From NCBI GenBank assembly GCA_048268245.1, contig JBLWVX010000012.1, positions 9,308 to 73,307 on the forward strand: a DNA stretch of 64,000 bases. The letters run 5' to 3'. The stretch comes from Arcobacteraceae bacterium. Lineage in GTDB: Bacteria; Campylobacterota; Campylobacteria; Campylobacterales; Arcobacteraceae. The notes under the pieces are model-generated. The model was not told the DNA's origin. It was given only the letters and a program-made list of their open reading frames with translations, and did not search any database. Numbering within the stretch: position 1 is the first letter of the stretch; every line of letters starts with the position of its first letter. The position numbers were made by a program, and so were the translations under genes. This document shows, piece after piece, positions 32,353-42,209 of this stretch.

Positions 32353-33423
32353 TTATTTTTCTAAAACTATTGGCATTACAATTGTAAAAAACTTTTCATC
32401 TTCTAAGTAGAATGGTAAATTAGATTCATTAAATCCAACAGTTATATTTTCATTGTTTGTCATACTTAAGAAGTCTAATAAATATTTGGCATTCACTGCT
32501 AAATAAAAGTTTTCTTCAATATTTAAATTTATATCGATTTGTGTTTGTGATTCACTATCTTCATCTAAAGATTCAAAAACTATTGCATTTGATGTAAATG
32601 TAATTTTGATATTTGAGAATAGTGATGTAACTAATTTAATTGATTCAACTAGTTGACTTTTTGGTAATGATAAACTATATTTTAAGTTCGAGGGTATAAT
32701 TCTTTCATAATCAGGGAATTTACCATTAATTAGCTTTGTAAAGAATTTAGAATTACTATTTTGTATTACTAAGTTTGTTTCATCATAAGAGATACTTGCT
32801 TCATCTATAAATAGTTTTTGTATTTCAATAATTGCTTTTTTAGGGATAATAAACTGAGATTCATTATTTGAAATATTTTGTAAATGCGATATTGCTAATC
32901 TTCTAGTATCTGTTGCTACAAAATTAATCTTATCATTTTTAACATCAATTAAAGCTCCATTTAACTCAAACTTAGGATTATTGTTATCTACAGCAGGTGT
33001 AATCTTTCTAATAGAATTAATAAAGTTTAATGTAGATATATCTAATTTATTTAAATTTTCATCTTTTAGCATATTAGGATATTCAGATGCATCATACATT
33101 GGTAATTTAAATATAGATTTATTTTGTTTGATTACAAGATTGTTTCCTGTAGTTTCAAATATAATATCTTCATTTTTTAATCTTTTTATAATACCAAGTA
33201 AATTAGAACCATTTACAGTTGCTTTACCTTCTTCTATTTCATTAATACTATCGATATGAGACTCTAATCCTATTTCATAATCAGTAGCTTTTAAAATTAA
33301 TTTTGTATTTGCAATCTCTAAATATATATGTGATGTAATTGCACTAGCATCTTTTTTTTCTAAAAAAGGTTGCATTGAAGCTATTACATTTTCAATGATA
33401 TTTTTAGTAATTATAAACCTCAT
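32353..33423 (-). CDS. dnaN: DNA polymerase III beta clamp
   Basis: ATDYEIG, VATDTRRL, GKFPDY, VMPI; position after dnaA. Confidence 0.97.
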   Translation of the reverse strand: MRFIITKNIIENVIASMQPFLEKKDASAITSHIYLEIANTKLILKATDYEIGLESHIDSINEIEEGKATVNGSNLLGIIKRLKNEDIIFETTGNNLVIKQNKSIFKLPMYDASEYPNMLKDENLNKLDISTLNFINSIRKITPAVDNNNPKFELNGALIDVKNDKINFVATDTRRLAISHLQNISNNESQFIIPKKAIIEIQKLFIDEASISYDETNLVIQNSNSKFFTKLINGKFPDYERIIPSNLKYSLSLPKSQLVESIKLVTSLFSNIKITFTSNAIVFESLDEDSESQTQIDINLNIEENFYLAVNAKYLLDFLSMTNNENITVGFNESNLPFYLEDEKFFTIVMPIVLEK

Positions 33424-33429
33424 TTTATA

Positions 33430-33593
33430 TCTCCTATTATTTATATATCTTTAGTGGAAGTAGTAGTGTGTGTGAAAAGATGAAAATACTTTCAAATCGT
33501 CGACTGTATCGAAACACTTTCATGTGATATAACGAAATGAAATATTCACACCTTTTCACACATTGCTTTGAAACTTTTTTTTCTTACTACTTT
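33430..33593. other. oriC2: unwinding element, DnaA-trios and DnaA boxes
   Basis: AT-rich stretch, TAG TGG AAG TAG TAG (33452-33466), TTCAC-core boxes at 33471-33479, 33542-33550 and 33552-33560. Confidence 0.82.
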
Positions 33594-34916
33594 TTACCAC
33601 TCCTTATTTATGATTTTATTCTTTAAATTTTCAATGATTAATTTAAAGTTTTCATCTTTCTCAATTAACTCATTTGCTTTCTTAATATTATGAGAAATTG
33701 AAGAGTGATCTTTCATTCCTAAGAACTTTGCAATATCAGGCATTGAGTTATGTGTAAGTTCTCTTGCAAGATATATAACAACTCTTCTTGCATTTGCAAC
33801 TGTTGCTGTTCTTTTCTTAGATTTAATATCACTTGGTTTAATATTAAGCTCACGTGCTACTATATCGATAACATCTGGTAGTTTAATATTCTCTTTTGTT
33901 TCTTTAATTTGCTCTTTTAATAAACCTTGCACCATCTCTAATGTAATCTCTTGGTTTAATAAAGAAGCACTTGCATTAATTCTAATAAGTACACCTTCTA
34001 TCTCTCTAATAGAGTTATCAAGGTTAGTAGCTATAAAATTAATGATTTCTCTTGTTAATGCAATACCATTTAATTCAGATTTTTTTTCAATAATTGCAAT
34101 TTTTGTCTCTAAGCCTGGAATTTGAATATCAGCCGTTAAACCCCACTCAAATCGAGACTTTAGCCTATCTACAAGTCCCGCAATTTGTGATGGAAGCCTA
34201 TCACTTGTCATTACAATTTGCTTTTTCGCATTATGTAGTTCATTAAATGTATGGAAGAACTCTTCTTGAGTTTGCTCTTTTCCACTTAAGAACTGAATAT
34301 CATCTATAAGTAAAACATCACACTTTCTATATTTTGATCTAAAATGCTCCATGTTTTTGTTTTTAATTGAGAATGTAAAGTCATTCATAAACTGCTCAAT
34401 TGTTACATAGATAACTGTTTGACCTTTTTCAATAGCAGCATTTCCAACTGCTTGAAGTAAATGTGTTTTTCCAAGACCAGTTCCTCCATAAATAAATAAT
34501 GGATTATACTGTGTTCCTGGTTTGTTTGATACTGCAAGTGACGCATTATAGGCCATTTGGTTAGAAGGTCCTACTACAAATGAATCAAATGTATATGATG
34601 GATTTAGTATAGTACTTTCTGCTGTTTCATTTCGTACTTGCTCTTTAATAATCTCTTTTTTAGATTTTTTTTCACCAGCTATTTTAATCTCTACTTTTGG
34701 TTTTGTACCATCGTATTGTTCAAAGCAGTTTTGTATAAGTCCTGTGAATTTACTTTTTATCCATGAAGCTATATATTTATTTGATACTTCAAATACAGCT
34801 AGCTTCTCATCTGATGAGATTTTCTTGTATGTTAATTGTTTTAAGTATCTATCATAATCAATAGATGTTGCTTCTTTTTCAATAAGCGCTAAAAAATCTT
34901 TATTTGTCATATACAT
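33594..34916 (-). CDS. dnaA: Chromosomal replication initiator
   Basis: YNPLFIYGGTGLGKTHL, LLIDDIQF, RLKSRFEWGL, KDHSS. Confidence 0.98.
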   Translation of the reverse strand: MYMTNKDFLALIEKEATSIDYDRYLKQLTYKKISSDEKLAVFEVSNKYIASWIKSKFTGLIQNCFEQYDGTKPKVEIKIAGEKKSKKEIIKEQVRNETAESTILNPSYTFDSFVVGPSNQMAYNASLAVSNKPGTQYNPLFIYGGTGLGKTHLLQAVGNAAIEKGQTVIYVTIEQFMNDFTFSIKNKNMEHFRSKYRKCDVLLIDDIQFLSGKEQTQEEFFHTFNELHNAKKQIVMTSDRLPSQIAGLVDRLKSRFEWGLTADIQIPGLETKIAIIEKKSELNGIALTREIINFIATNLDNSIREIEGVLIRINASASLLNQEITLEMVQGLLKEQIKETKENIKLPDVIDIVARELNIKPSDIKSKKRTATVANARRVVIYLARELTHNSMPDIAKFLGMKDHSSISHNIKKANELIEKDENFKLIIENLKNKIINKEW

Positions 34917-34993
34917 TAACTCTTTATTTTATAAATAATAGCTATTATATCTAATTTATTATAAATTTAGATAAACTTAAATAAAAATAAGAT

Positions 34994-36313
34994 TTATCTC
35001 TTAATTAAAGAATCAATAATGGATAATTTATTGTGATTATTCGTTATTCTTAAAAATGAAAGATAATTATTTATTAGGCTAGTAATATTATCTATAGATT
35101 TTTCTCTTATTTCAAAGATTTTATAATTAGCTTCATTTAAATCAATGATACTTTTTATGCCATATTTATACTCTTTTTTAATAATATCTCTTGATATAGT
35201 TGCAGTAACTAAAGCTTTTTCATATAATTTGATATATTTTATTGACCATTTTATATTGGTAATTATTTCTTCATATTGAAGGTTTAATTCATTTTTTAAG
35301 TTTTCTAATTCTTTTTGAGAAGATTTAATATTTAGTTTTGAAGCAAGCTCTAGTGCTCTTAATGAACCTCCTTTATATAAAGGGATTGATAGTCTTAAAA
35401 GTATTTCTCTATCTTCATCATATGTTGAACTAAATGTTGAGGTATTTTGAACATTTATATTTTTTGTATATTTCATACTTAAGTTCAATTTTGGTAAATG
35501 ATTGTTTTTTGCATCACTTAGCTCATTTTTATAAACTTGTAGTATATTTTTAAGTTTTTTTATTTCTAAATTTGATTGAATTTTAGTAAAGTTTGAAAGT
35601 TCATTTTGTAATTGTTTTATGACAGAAGGATGTAGTTTTAATTTGTCAAGTCTAGGTATTATAAATTTAATATCTTTTCCTATAAAAGTTTGAAGTTTAT
35701 TTTTATTTAGTTTAAATAAAAGTTTTTCTTTTTCTAAATCAATAATAGCTTGGTTTAGTTGTGATTCTACATTTAATATTTCTGTCAATGTTGATAAGTC
35801 CATTTTATATCTTTCATCTAAAAGTGATTTTTTTGATTTTAAAAGTTTTTTATAACTAATAAGCATTCTTAGTTTATTTTTAGACTTAATCAAAGTTAAA
35901 TAAACTTCAAGAACATCCCTTATAAGGTCTTGCTTAGCAATTTCAACTTCAGTTTGAAAAGATTTGAATTTAGACCTTTCTATGTCTATTTTTGAACTAA
36001 TATTTTTATCAAAAATTGCTTGTTGTAAAACAACATTATAATTTCTTAATTTTTGTGAAATTTTTTTTGTACTTCTATTTTCAAATTTGTAATCATTTTT
36101 ACTATAAGTTGAGTAAAAATTAATGTCTGGATAAAGTTTGGATTGAGCTTGTTTTATATTTTGGTAATTTGATTTGAGCTTTAATTCTAAAGCTTTAATT
36201 TTTTTAGAGCTTTTTAAACTTAAGTTATAGGCTTTTGAGAATGATAAAACCTCTACGCTATAACTATTTATTGAAAAAATAAATAAGAATAGCACAGCAA
36301 TACTATTCCTCAT
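34994..36313 (-). CDS. TolC-family outer membrane channel of T1SS
   Basis: Signal peptide, LYPDI and HLPKL repeats, SIPLYKGG. Confidence 0.88.
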   Translation of the reverse strand: MRNSIAVLFLFIFSINSYSVEVLSFSKAYNLSLKSSKKIKALELKLKSNYQNIKQAQSKLYPDINFYSTYSKNDYKFENRSTKKISQKLRNYNVVLQQAIFDKNISSKIDIERSKFKSFQTEVEIAKQDLIRDVLEVYLTLIKSKNKLRMLISYKKLLKSKKSLLDERYKMDLSTLTEILNVESQLNQAIIDLEKEKLLFKLNKNKLQTFIGKDIKFIIPRLDKLKLHPSVIKQLQNELSNFTKIQSNLEIKKLKNILQVYKNELSDAKNNHLPKLNLSMKYTKNINVQNTSTFSSTYDEDREILLRLSIPLYKGGSLRALELASKLNIKSSQKELENLKNELNLQYEEIITNIKWSIKYIKLYEKALVTATISRDIIKKEYKYGIKSIIDLNEANYKIFEIREKSIDNITSLINNYLSFLRITNNHNKLSIIDSLIKR

Positions 36314-37592
36314 TTAAACTCCTGTTAAACCTATCAAATAGAGGTTTTAATAAGTAGCTTAGAACAGTCCTATGACCTGTTTTTATCATGATTTCTGCTG
36401 GCATTCCTGTAACTAAATTAAAGTTATAATTTTTAATTTGTTCTTGACCCACTTCATCTAATTTTAATTTAATTTCATAAAAATATTCATTTGCCGCTTC
36501 ATCATATAATGTATCTGCTGAAACATAGTATACTACAGCATGTACACCATATGATTTTTGAGTATTATAAGCAGAAAAGATAATTTGTGCATTTAGTCCA
36601 GGTTTTACTTTGTCAATGTCAGTAGAGCTTATTTGCCCTTCAACTATTAAGTCTACATTTGTGGGAACAATTTCTAGAATATCTACACCTGCTTTTATTA
36701 TTGAATCTTGTATGTAGTTTGAAATACCTACTATATTTCCAGAAGAAGGGGAATAGATTTTTGTTTTATTTAATTTATCTTTTAAAGAGTCTATTTTTAA
36801 TTCAATAGTACTAATTTTGGAGCTTACACTAGTTAGTTCTTCTAATGTTTCTTTTTTAAAATCAGTAGTTATTAAAAGCTTTTTTGTTTTTAATTCATTT
36901 ATTTTTTCATTAAGTTTAATTCTTTCTTTTTTTGTATTAAGTATTTCAGCATTTAATTGAGAATCTTCTCGAATAAATTTTCTTAAGTCAATTTTATTTA
37001 TTAGCTTTTTTGCATATAGTTTTTCTAACTCTTTAATTTCCTCATTTATCGACTTTTTAATGAATTGTTTACTTTTTAAAGTATAATTTAAAGCTTCAAT
37101 TTGATTTTTTAATTGAGATATTTGTCTACTAATAATATCTTCATTATTTTTAATAGAATTGATAGTACTTAAGAAGAGACTTTTTTGTTCATTAATTATT
37201 TTTTTATCTTGAATTTTTAGATTGAAATTTATAAAGTCTTTCTCATTTTTTTGTGCTAAAAGTCTTGATTTTAAAGCTAATAAATTTTCATATTGTGTTA
37301 GTTGGCTATCTAATTCGGCTCTTAATTGAGTATCATCTAATTCTATAAGTAATTGACCTTTTTTTACAAAATCACCATCTTTAACATGTATTGTTTTAAT
37401 TATTCCACTTTCTAAACTTTGAATTCTTTTTTTATTGAAGTCAGAAGAGACTTTTCCTGCAGCAGTTACATTAATTGCAAGAGGTGCAAATGTAATCCAT
37501 CCACCTAAAAGTATAAAAACAATGATAATAACTATAAATCCAGATCTAATTATTTTAGATGCATCAGCGTTAGGTGCTTTATTCATGGGCAT
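36303..37592 (-). CDS. HlyD-family T1SS membrane fusion protein
   Basis: GIIKTIHVKDGDFVKKGQ, IYSPSSG, GMPAE, RTVLSYLLKP. Confidence 0.93.
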   Translation of the reverse strand: MPMNKAPNADASKIIRSGFIVIIIVFILLGGWITFAPLAINVTAAGKVSSDFNKKRIQSLESGIIKTIHVKDGDFVKKGQLLIELDDTQLRAELDSQLTQYENLLALKSRLLAQKNEKDFINFNLKIQDKKIINEQKSLFLSTINSIKNNEDIISRQISQLKNQIEALNYTLKSKQFIKKSINEEIKELEKLYAKKLINKIDLRKFIREDSQLNAEILNTKKERIKLNEKINELKTKKLLITTDFKKETLEELTSVSSKISTIELKIDSLKDKLNKTKIYSPSSGNIVGISNYIQDSIIKAGVDILEIVPTNVDLIVEGQISSTDIDKVKPGLNAQIIFSAYNTQKSYGVHAVVYYVSADTLYDEAANEYFYEIKLKLDEVGQEQIKNYNFNLVTGMPAEIMIKTGHRTVLSYLLKPLFDRFNRSLNEE

Positions 37593-39279
37593 TGTCTACT
37601 TCAAAAAATTTATTTTCACTAAGAACTTTATTAGTTTCATCATAATCTTTTATGTAACCATTATCTATTAATAAAATTTTATTTGTAATCTCCAAAATAT
37701 TCTCTTTGTGGGTTATTATTATTACTGTAGTTTGATTTTGTTTCAAACTTTTTATAGTATTTAATAGAGCTTTTTCACCCTCTTTATCCAAATTTGAATT
37801 AGGTTCATCTAAGATAACAAGCATAGGATTATCATAAATCGCTCTTGCCAGACCAATTCTTTGTTTTTGTCCACCAGATAAACTATCTCCTGAGTTGGTT
37901 ATTTTCGTTTCATATGCTTTAGAAAACTTTAAAATCATCTCATGTACACCTGCTTTTTTAGCCGCTTCAATTATTTTTTCTGAGTTATGATCTTTAAATC
38001 TAGAAATATTTTCACTAATTGTTCCTTCAAAGAGTTCTATATCTTGTGGTAAATAGCCAATTTTAGGTCCTAGCTCATCATTATTTAATAGACTTATATC
38101 GATATTATCAATCTTAATTTTCCCTTTTGATAAAGGCCAAATATTAAGTATTGCTTTTACAAGGGTTGATTTTCCAGTACCACTTTTTCCAATTAGAGCA
38201 ACGATATCACCATGGTTTATTTTTAAAGAAATATTTTTAATTGTCTCATTATCTACTAAAGGAGGTTTTATGGCAATATTTTCAAGAAAAATATTTGCTT
38301 TTGTAATAGGAATTGAAGTTTGTTTCTTTTTTCTTGGAAATTGATTTAATAATTCATCAATTTTCTTTTGACTATTTCTATAGTTTACAAAACCCTTCCA
38401 ACTTGAGATAATTAAATCAAGAGGTGCTAGGGCTCTACCCATAATAATTGAGGCTGCAATCATCATCCCTGCAGTTACTTCATATTGAATAGCTAAATAA
38501 GCTCCAAGCCCTAAAATTAAGGATTGAGATAAAACTCTAAAGCTTTTAGAAATGTTAGTCCATATACTAGATTGAGTACTAGCATCATTTTGCATATTTA
38601 AAAAGGTATAATATTTTTTATGCCATATTTTTCTAATACTCTCTTTCATACCCATAGAATTGATAACAGAGGCATTTTTTAATGAAGAGTCAATATATTT
38701 ATTAGAGTCAATATTGTTTTTATTTGCTTTATTTAATCTATTCTTCGTTGTTATTTCATTTATAACTGTGATAACAACTAGAATAATAATTGTAAAAATT
38801 GCAAAAAAACCAAATGCAGGATGAAATAAAAATAGAATCCCAACATATATAGTAATCCAAGGAGCATCAAAAAATGCAAAGATACTTCTACCTGTCATAA
38901 ACTGCCTAATATGAGTTAGATTATTTAAATATGCAGAATTAGCTTTTTTAGGATCAATTAATTCTAATTCGAATAAAGAGTCAAAAATTCTATTGCTCAG
39001 TGAATTATCAATATGGTTTCCTATCTTTATTAAAATTTGAGATCTAACTATTTCAAGTAAAGCCATAGTAATAAATAAGACAATAACTATGAATGTAAGC
39101 ATCAATAAAGTGTCTTCACTATTGCTTTTTAATACTCTATCATATAACTGAAGCATATAAATAGGGGGAACAAGCATTAATATATTAATTAGGAAACTAA
39201 ATAAACCCACAATTAAAAAGGTTTTTTTACTTTTTTTAAGTGTAGATTTTAATTCCGAAAGATTTTGATTTGATGACAC
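37579..39279 (-). CDS. PrtD/AprD-type T1SS ABC transporter without C39 peptidase domain
   Basis: YMLQLYDRVL, FDAPW, MGRALAP, GKSGTGKS, LSGGQKQR, LDEPNSNLD. Confidence 0.94.
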   Translation of the reverse strand: MSSNQNLSELKSTLKKSKKTFLIVGLFSFLINILMLVPPIYMLQLYDRVLKSNSEDTLLMLTFIVIVLFITMALLEIVRSQILIKIGNHIDNSLSNRIFDSLFELELIDPKKANSAYLNNLTHIRQFMTGRSIFAFFDAPWITIYVGILFLFHPAFGFFAIFTIIILVVITVINEITTKNRLNKANKNNIDSNKYIDSSLKNASVINSMGMKESIRKIWHKKYYTFLNMQNDASTQSSIWTNISKSFRVLSQSLILGLGAYLAIQYEVTAGMMIAASIIMGRALAPLDLIISSWKGFVNYRNSQKKIDELLNQFPRKKKQTSIPITKANIFLENIAIKPPLVDNETIKNISLKINHGDIVALIGKSGTGKSTLVKAILNIWPLSKGKIKIDNIDISLLNNDELGPKIGYLPQDIELFEGTISENISRFKDHNSEKIIEAAKKAGVHEMILKFSKAYETKITNSGDSLSGGQKQRIGLARAIYDNPMLVILDEPNSNLDKEGEKALLNTIKSLKQNQTTVIIITHKENILEITNKILLIDNGYIKDYDETNKVLSENKFFEVDNAHE

Positions 39280-39309
39280 ATAACACCTTATTCTAAAATG
39301 ATGAAAGAA

Positions 39310-39337
39310 AAGTAAGTAGGATTTAACCTACTTACTT
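39310..39337 (-). terminator. Hairpin between the peptide gene and the ABC gene
   Basis: AAGTAAGTAGG-atttaa-CCTACTTACTT with a T-rich tail on the minus strand. Confidence 0.7.
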
Positions 39338-39346
39338 ATATAATTA

Positions 39347-39583
39347 TTAAGCGATTTCGCAATTTACTTCAGGAGTTTCACCATTTACAGTTACATCAAT
39401 GTTTACGTCAAGAGATGCATCTGAATCTGAATCAAAAGCTCCTGCTAAACTATCAACAAGACCTCCAAGAATACTACCTACTGCACCAATGATTCCACCA
39501 ACTAAATTTACTACTGTTCCAACAATCCCTGCAACTAACTCTACTACTGGAGTTAATAATCCACCTAAAAGTGATCCTAACAT
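39347..39583 (-). CDS. 78-aa Gly-rich amphipathic peptide, probable T1SS cargo
   Basis: AAGGA RBS before ATG at 39583; four 11-aa repeats plus an acidic tail; first gene of the T1SS cassette. Confidence 0.7.
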   Translation of the reverse strand: MLGSLLGGLLTPVVELVAGIVGTVVNLVGGIIGAVGSILGGLVDSLAGAFDSDSDASLDVNIDVTVNGETPEVNCEIA

Positions 39584-39694
39584 TCTAAATTCCTTAAATT
39601 TGTTTACAGTAACTAAGTTACTTATCAAATTATTCAATAGTTTAGCTTAAATTATAATTAAAATTATATAAAAATTACTATTAATATTACTTTA

Positions 39695-39866
39695 TGTTAT
39701 GTGAATAGTTATATTGTGCTGTGAAGATTGATGAATAAATGTTGTTCACATAGTGAATAAGTAGTGAATAACTAATGTTTATTAAGTGAATATTTAGGTA
39801 AAAAATACCATTATACGGTGCTTGAAAGCATGTGAATAAAAATAAGATAAAAAAAGAGTGAATTAG
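39695..39866. other. oriC1-like DnaA-box cluster upstream of ruvC
   Basis: About eight GTGAA/TTCAC-core 9-mers: 39700, 39720, 39742, 39752, 39763, 39785, 39831, 39857. Confidence 0.75.
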
Positions 39867-39867
39867 C

Positions 39868-40335
39868 GTGAAAATATTAGGAATTGACCCAGGAACTAGA
39901 AACTGTGGATATGCAATTATTGAAAAAAATGGAAGAAATTTAAAGCTTATTGAAGCAGGGCTTATAAAAATTAAAACAAAAGTTCTTCAAGAGCAGATAG
40001 TAGAAATGACTGAGGGCTTTGATTTGATTTTTAATAGACATAAAATTGATGAGGTGTCAATAGAGGACATGTTTTACGCTTTTAACCCAAAAACTGTAAT
40101 TAAACTAGCTCAATTTAGAGGTGCAATTTCACTCAAAGTCTTACAAGTATTTGGAAACTTTGCTGAGTATACTCCTCTTCAAGTAAAACAAGCTGTTACA
40201 GGAAATGGAAAAGCTGATAAAACTCAAGTTGCTTTTATGGTAAAAAGACTTCTTGGAATAAAAAAAGAAATAAAACCTTTGGATATTACTGATGCAATAG
40301 CAATTGCTTTAACTCACGCTCAAAGAATAAGATAA
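39868..40335 (+). CDS. ruvC: Holliday junction resolvase
   Basis: [31 protein letters not shown]. Confidence 0.96.
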   Translation: MKILGIDPGTRNCGYAIIEKNGRNLKLIEAGLIKIKTKVLQEQIVEMTEGFDLIFNRHKIDEVSIEDMFYAFNPKTVIKLAQFRGAISLKVLQVFGNFAEYTPLQVKQAVTGNGKADKTQVAFMVKRLLGIKKEIKPLDITDAIAIALTHAQRIR

Positions 40336-40415
40336 TTGGTAAAAAATATTTAACTTATATTATAAATACTTTTTATTTGTTATAATTTCGCCTTAATTAT
40401 AAGTAGGAATAGTAA

Positions 40416-40991
40416 ATGAAAAGAATAGGTATACTAGCTTCATACAATGGAAGTGGTTTTCAAACAATACAAAAAGCAATAGAAGATAAAATACTAGAGG
40501 CAAAAGTAGTGGTAGTTATTTCAAATAACTCAAATGCAAATGTTTTAGAAACAGCAGAGTCTTTAGATATACCAAATTTTGTAATAAATGACAAAAGGTA
40601 TCCAGGTCAAGACTGTGATGATAAAATAGCTAGATTGCTTTTAGAATTTGATTGTGACTATGTTTTTTGTTCAGGGTATATGAAAATGATAGGACCTAAA
40701 CTTATAAACGCTTTTGAAAACAAAATTATAAATACTCATCCTGCAATATTACCTTCAAAATATGGTGGAAAAGGTATGTATGGAAGATACGTACATGAAG
40801 CTATTATTAAAAATGGTGAAGAAAAATCAGGGGTTACTATTCATTATGTAAATGAAAAATATGATGACGGTGAGATTATTCTTACAAAAGAGCTTGTATT
40901 AGATGAAAATGAAACAGTGGATTCACTAGAAAGTAGAATCAAAGATTTAGAGTCTATTGCTATTATAGATACTTTTAAAAAGCTTTTATAA
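40416..40991 (+). CDS. purN: Phosphoribosylglycinamide formyltransferase
   Basis: ASYNGS, INTHPAILP, GVTIHYV, YDDG. Confidence 0.92.
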   Translation: MKRIGILASYNGSGFQTIQKAIEDKILEAKVVVVISNNSNANVLETAESLDIPNFVINDKRYPGQDCDDKIARLLLEFDCDYVFCSGYMKMIGPKLINAFENKIINTHPAILPSKYGGKGMYGRYVHEAIIKNGEEKSGVTIHYVNEKYDDGEIILTKELVLDENETVDSLESRIKDLESIAIIDTFKKLL

Positions 40992-41026
40992 ATTGAAGTT
41001 TAACTATTAGCCTTTGGCTAATAGTC

Positions 41027-41479
41027 TTATTTAAATACTGCGTCTAATTCTTCAGCAGTTGTGATGTATTTTACGTTTGAAACTTTTCCATTTTCTACAG
41101 AATAAACAGTAATTTGTCCTTCTTTTTTAGTAAATGATTTTGATTGTTCTTCGTCTACTAATAAAATAGAGAAAGGATAATCTCTCATTTTTGGTAATGC
41201 AAAGAATTTAGTAATTAAACTTGGCATTCCTGAAATATCTGCTACATAATATGAGTTTTTAGATTTTAAGAAACCTTTTTCTTTTTTTAATAAGTAATCT
41301 CTAATTACTTCACTTGCATCTCTATCACCTGCTACAATAATGTTTTTAGCATCTGCTTTAATAGTTTGTTTCTTTTCAAATTGATCTTGAATTTCGAATG
41401 CTGGAGTTGAGTCTCCAATATTTAATGCGTTTGCAAATGTTGCAGCTAATAATGCAGCAACGAATAAAATCTTCTTCAT
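41027..41479 (-). CDS. Exported thioredoxin-fold-like hypothetical protein
   Basis: Signal peptide; DQF, ADISGMPSLITKFFALPKM. Confidence 0.65.
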   Translation of the reverse strand: MKKILFVAALLAATFANALNIGDSTPAFEIQDQFEKKQTIKADAKNIIVAGDRDASEVIRDYLLKKEKGFLKSKNSYYVADISGMPSLITKFFALPKMRDYPFSILLVDEEQSKSFTKKEGQITVYSVENGKVSNVKYITTAEELDAVFK

Positions 41480-41550
41480 TTTTTCTCCTAAATTTAAATT
41501 GCGAAATTCTACCCATAAAAAGTAAATGAAAAGTTAAGATAAAAACTAAT

Positions 41551-42162
41551 CTATTTGGATAAGGTTGGAAGTTGCCAGTTTTTGTAGTATGCTAAAAGTC
41601 TTAAAACAACACCAAATACAAAAACTATAATTAATGAGTAGATGTTTTTTAAATCTAGTAAATATAAACCATAAGTTACTAGCCCAACTATAATTGCAAC
41701 TGTTGCATAAAATTCTGAAACTAAAATAGATGGTACCCTATTGATTAAAATATCTCTAATTGTACCACCACCAACAGCAGTAATGAAAGCTAAAATTAAT
41801 ACACCAAGAAAATTAAAATCATTCTCAATAGCAACAAGTGAACCCGTAATAGCAAAGGATACAAGGCCTATAGCATCTGATACAATAAAAGCAGTCTTAC
41901 CTTCTAGGTCATCTATTTTATGGAGTTTTAAAACAAGGGATATTAATACAGTGGCTACCACTAAGGTTACTGGTAACACATCAGTAAATACATAAGGAGT
42001 TTTATTTGCAAGAACATCTCTTGTCATTCCACCACCAAGTGCTGTTAAAAATGCTGAAATAAAAACACCTAAAATATCTAGTTTATAATGTACTGCAATT
42101 AAAAACCCTGATAGGGCGAAACAAATTACACCAATGATATCTGCTAATTGCAGTGCTGTCAT
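41551..42162 (-). CDS. TRIC/UPF0126 (YadS-like) membrane protein
   Basis: Duplicated TAxGGGxxRD motif. Confidence 0.9.
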   Translation of the reverse strand: MTALQLADIIGVICFALSGFLIAVHYKLDILGVFISAFLTALGGGMTRDVLANKTPYVFTDVLPVTLVVATVLISLVLKLHKIDDLEGKTAFIVSDAIGLVSFAITGSLVAIENDFNFLGVLILAFITAVGGGTIRDILINRVPSILVSEFYATVAIIVGLVTYGLYLLDLKNIYSLIIVFVFGVVLRLLAYYKNWQLPTLSK

Positions 42163-42209
42163 ATATAAACCTTTATGATTTTTGATGAAGAGATTATACT
42201 ACAGCCTTT

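Noticed and set aside
39584..39637. 18-aa N-terminal extension of the peptide as a double-glycine leader
   Set aside because: The RBS lies before ATG 39583 and the transporter has no C39 peptidase.
39695..39866. CRISPR array or iteron repeats
   Set aside because: Repeats are 9-mers in both orientations with irregular spacing, consistent with DnaA boxes.
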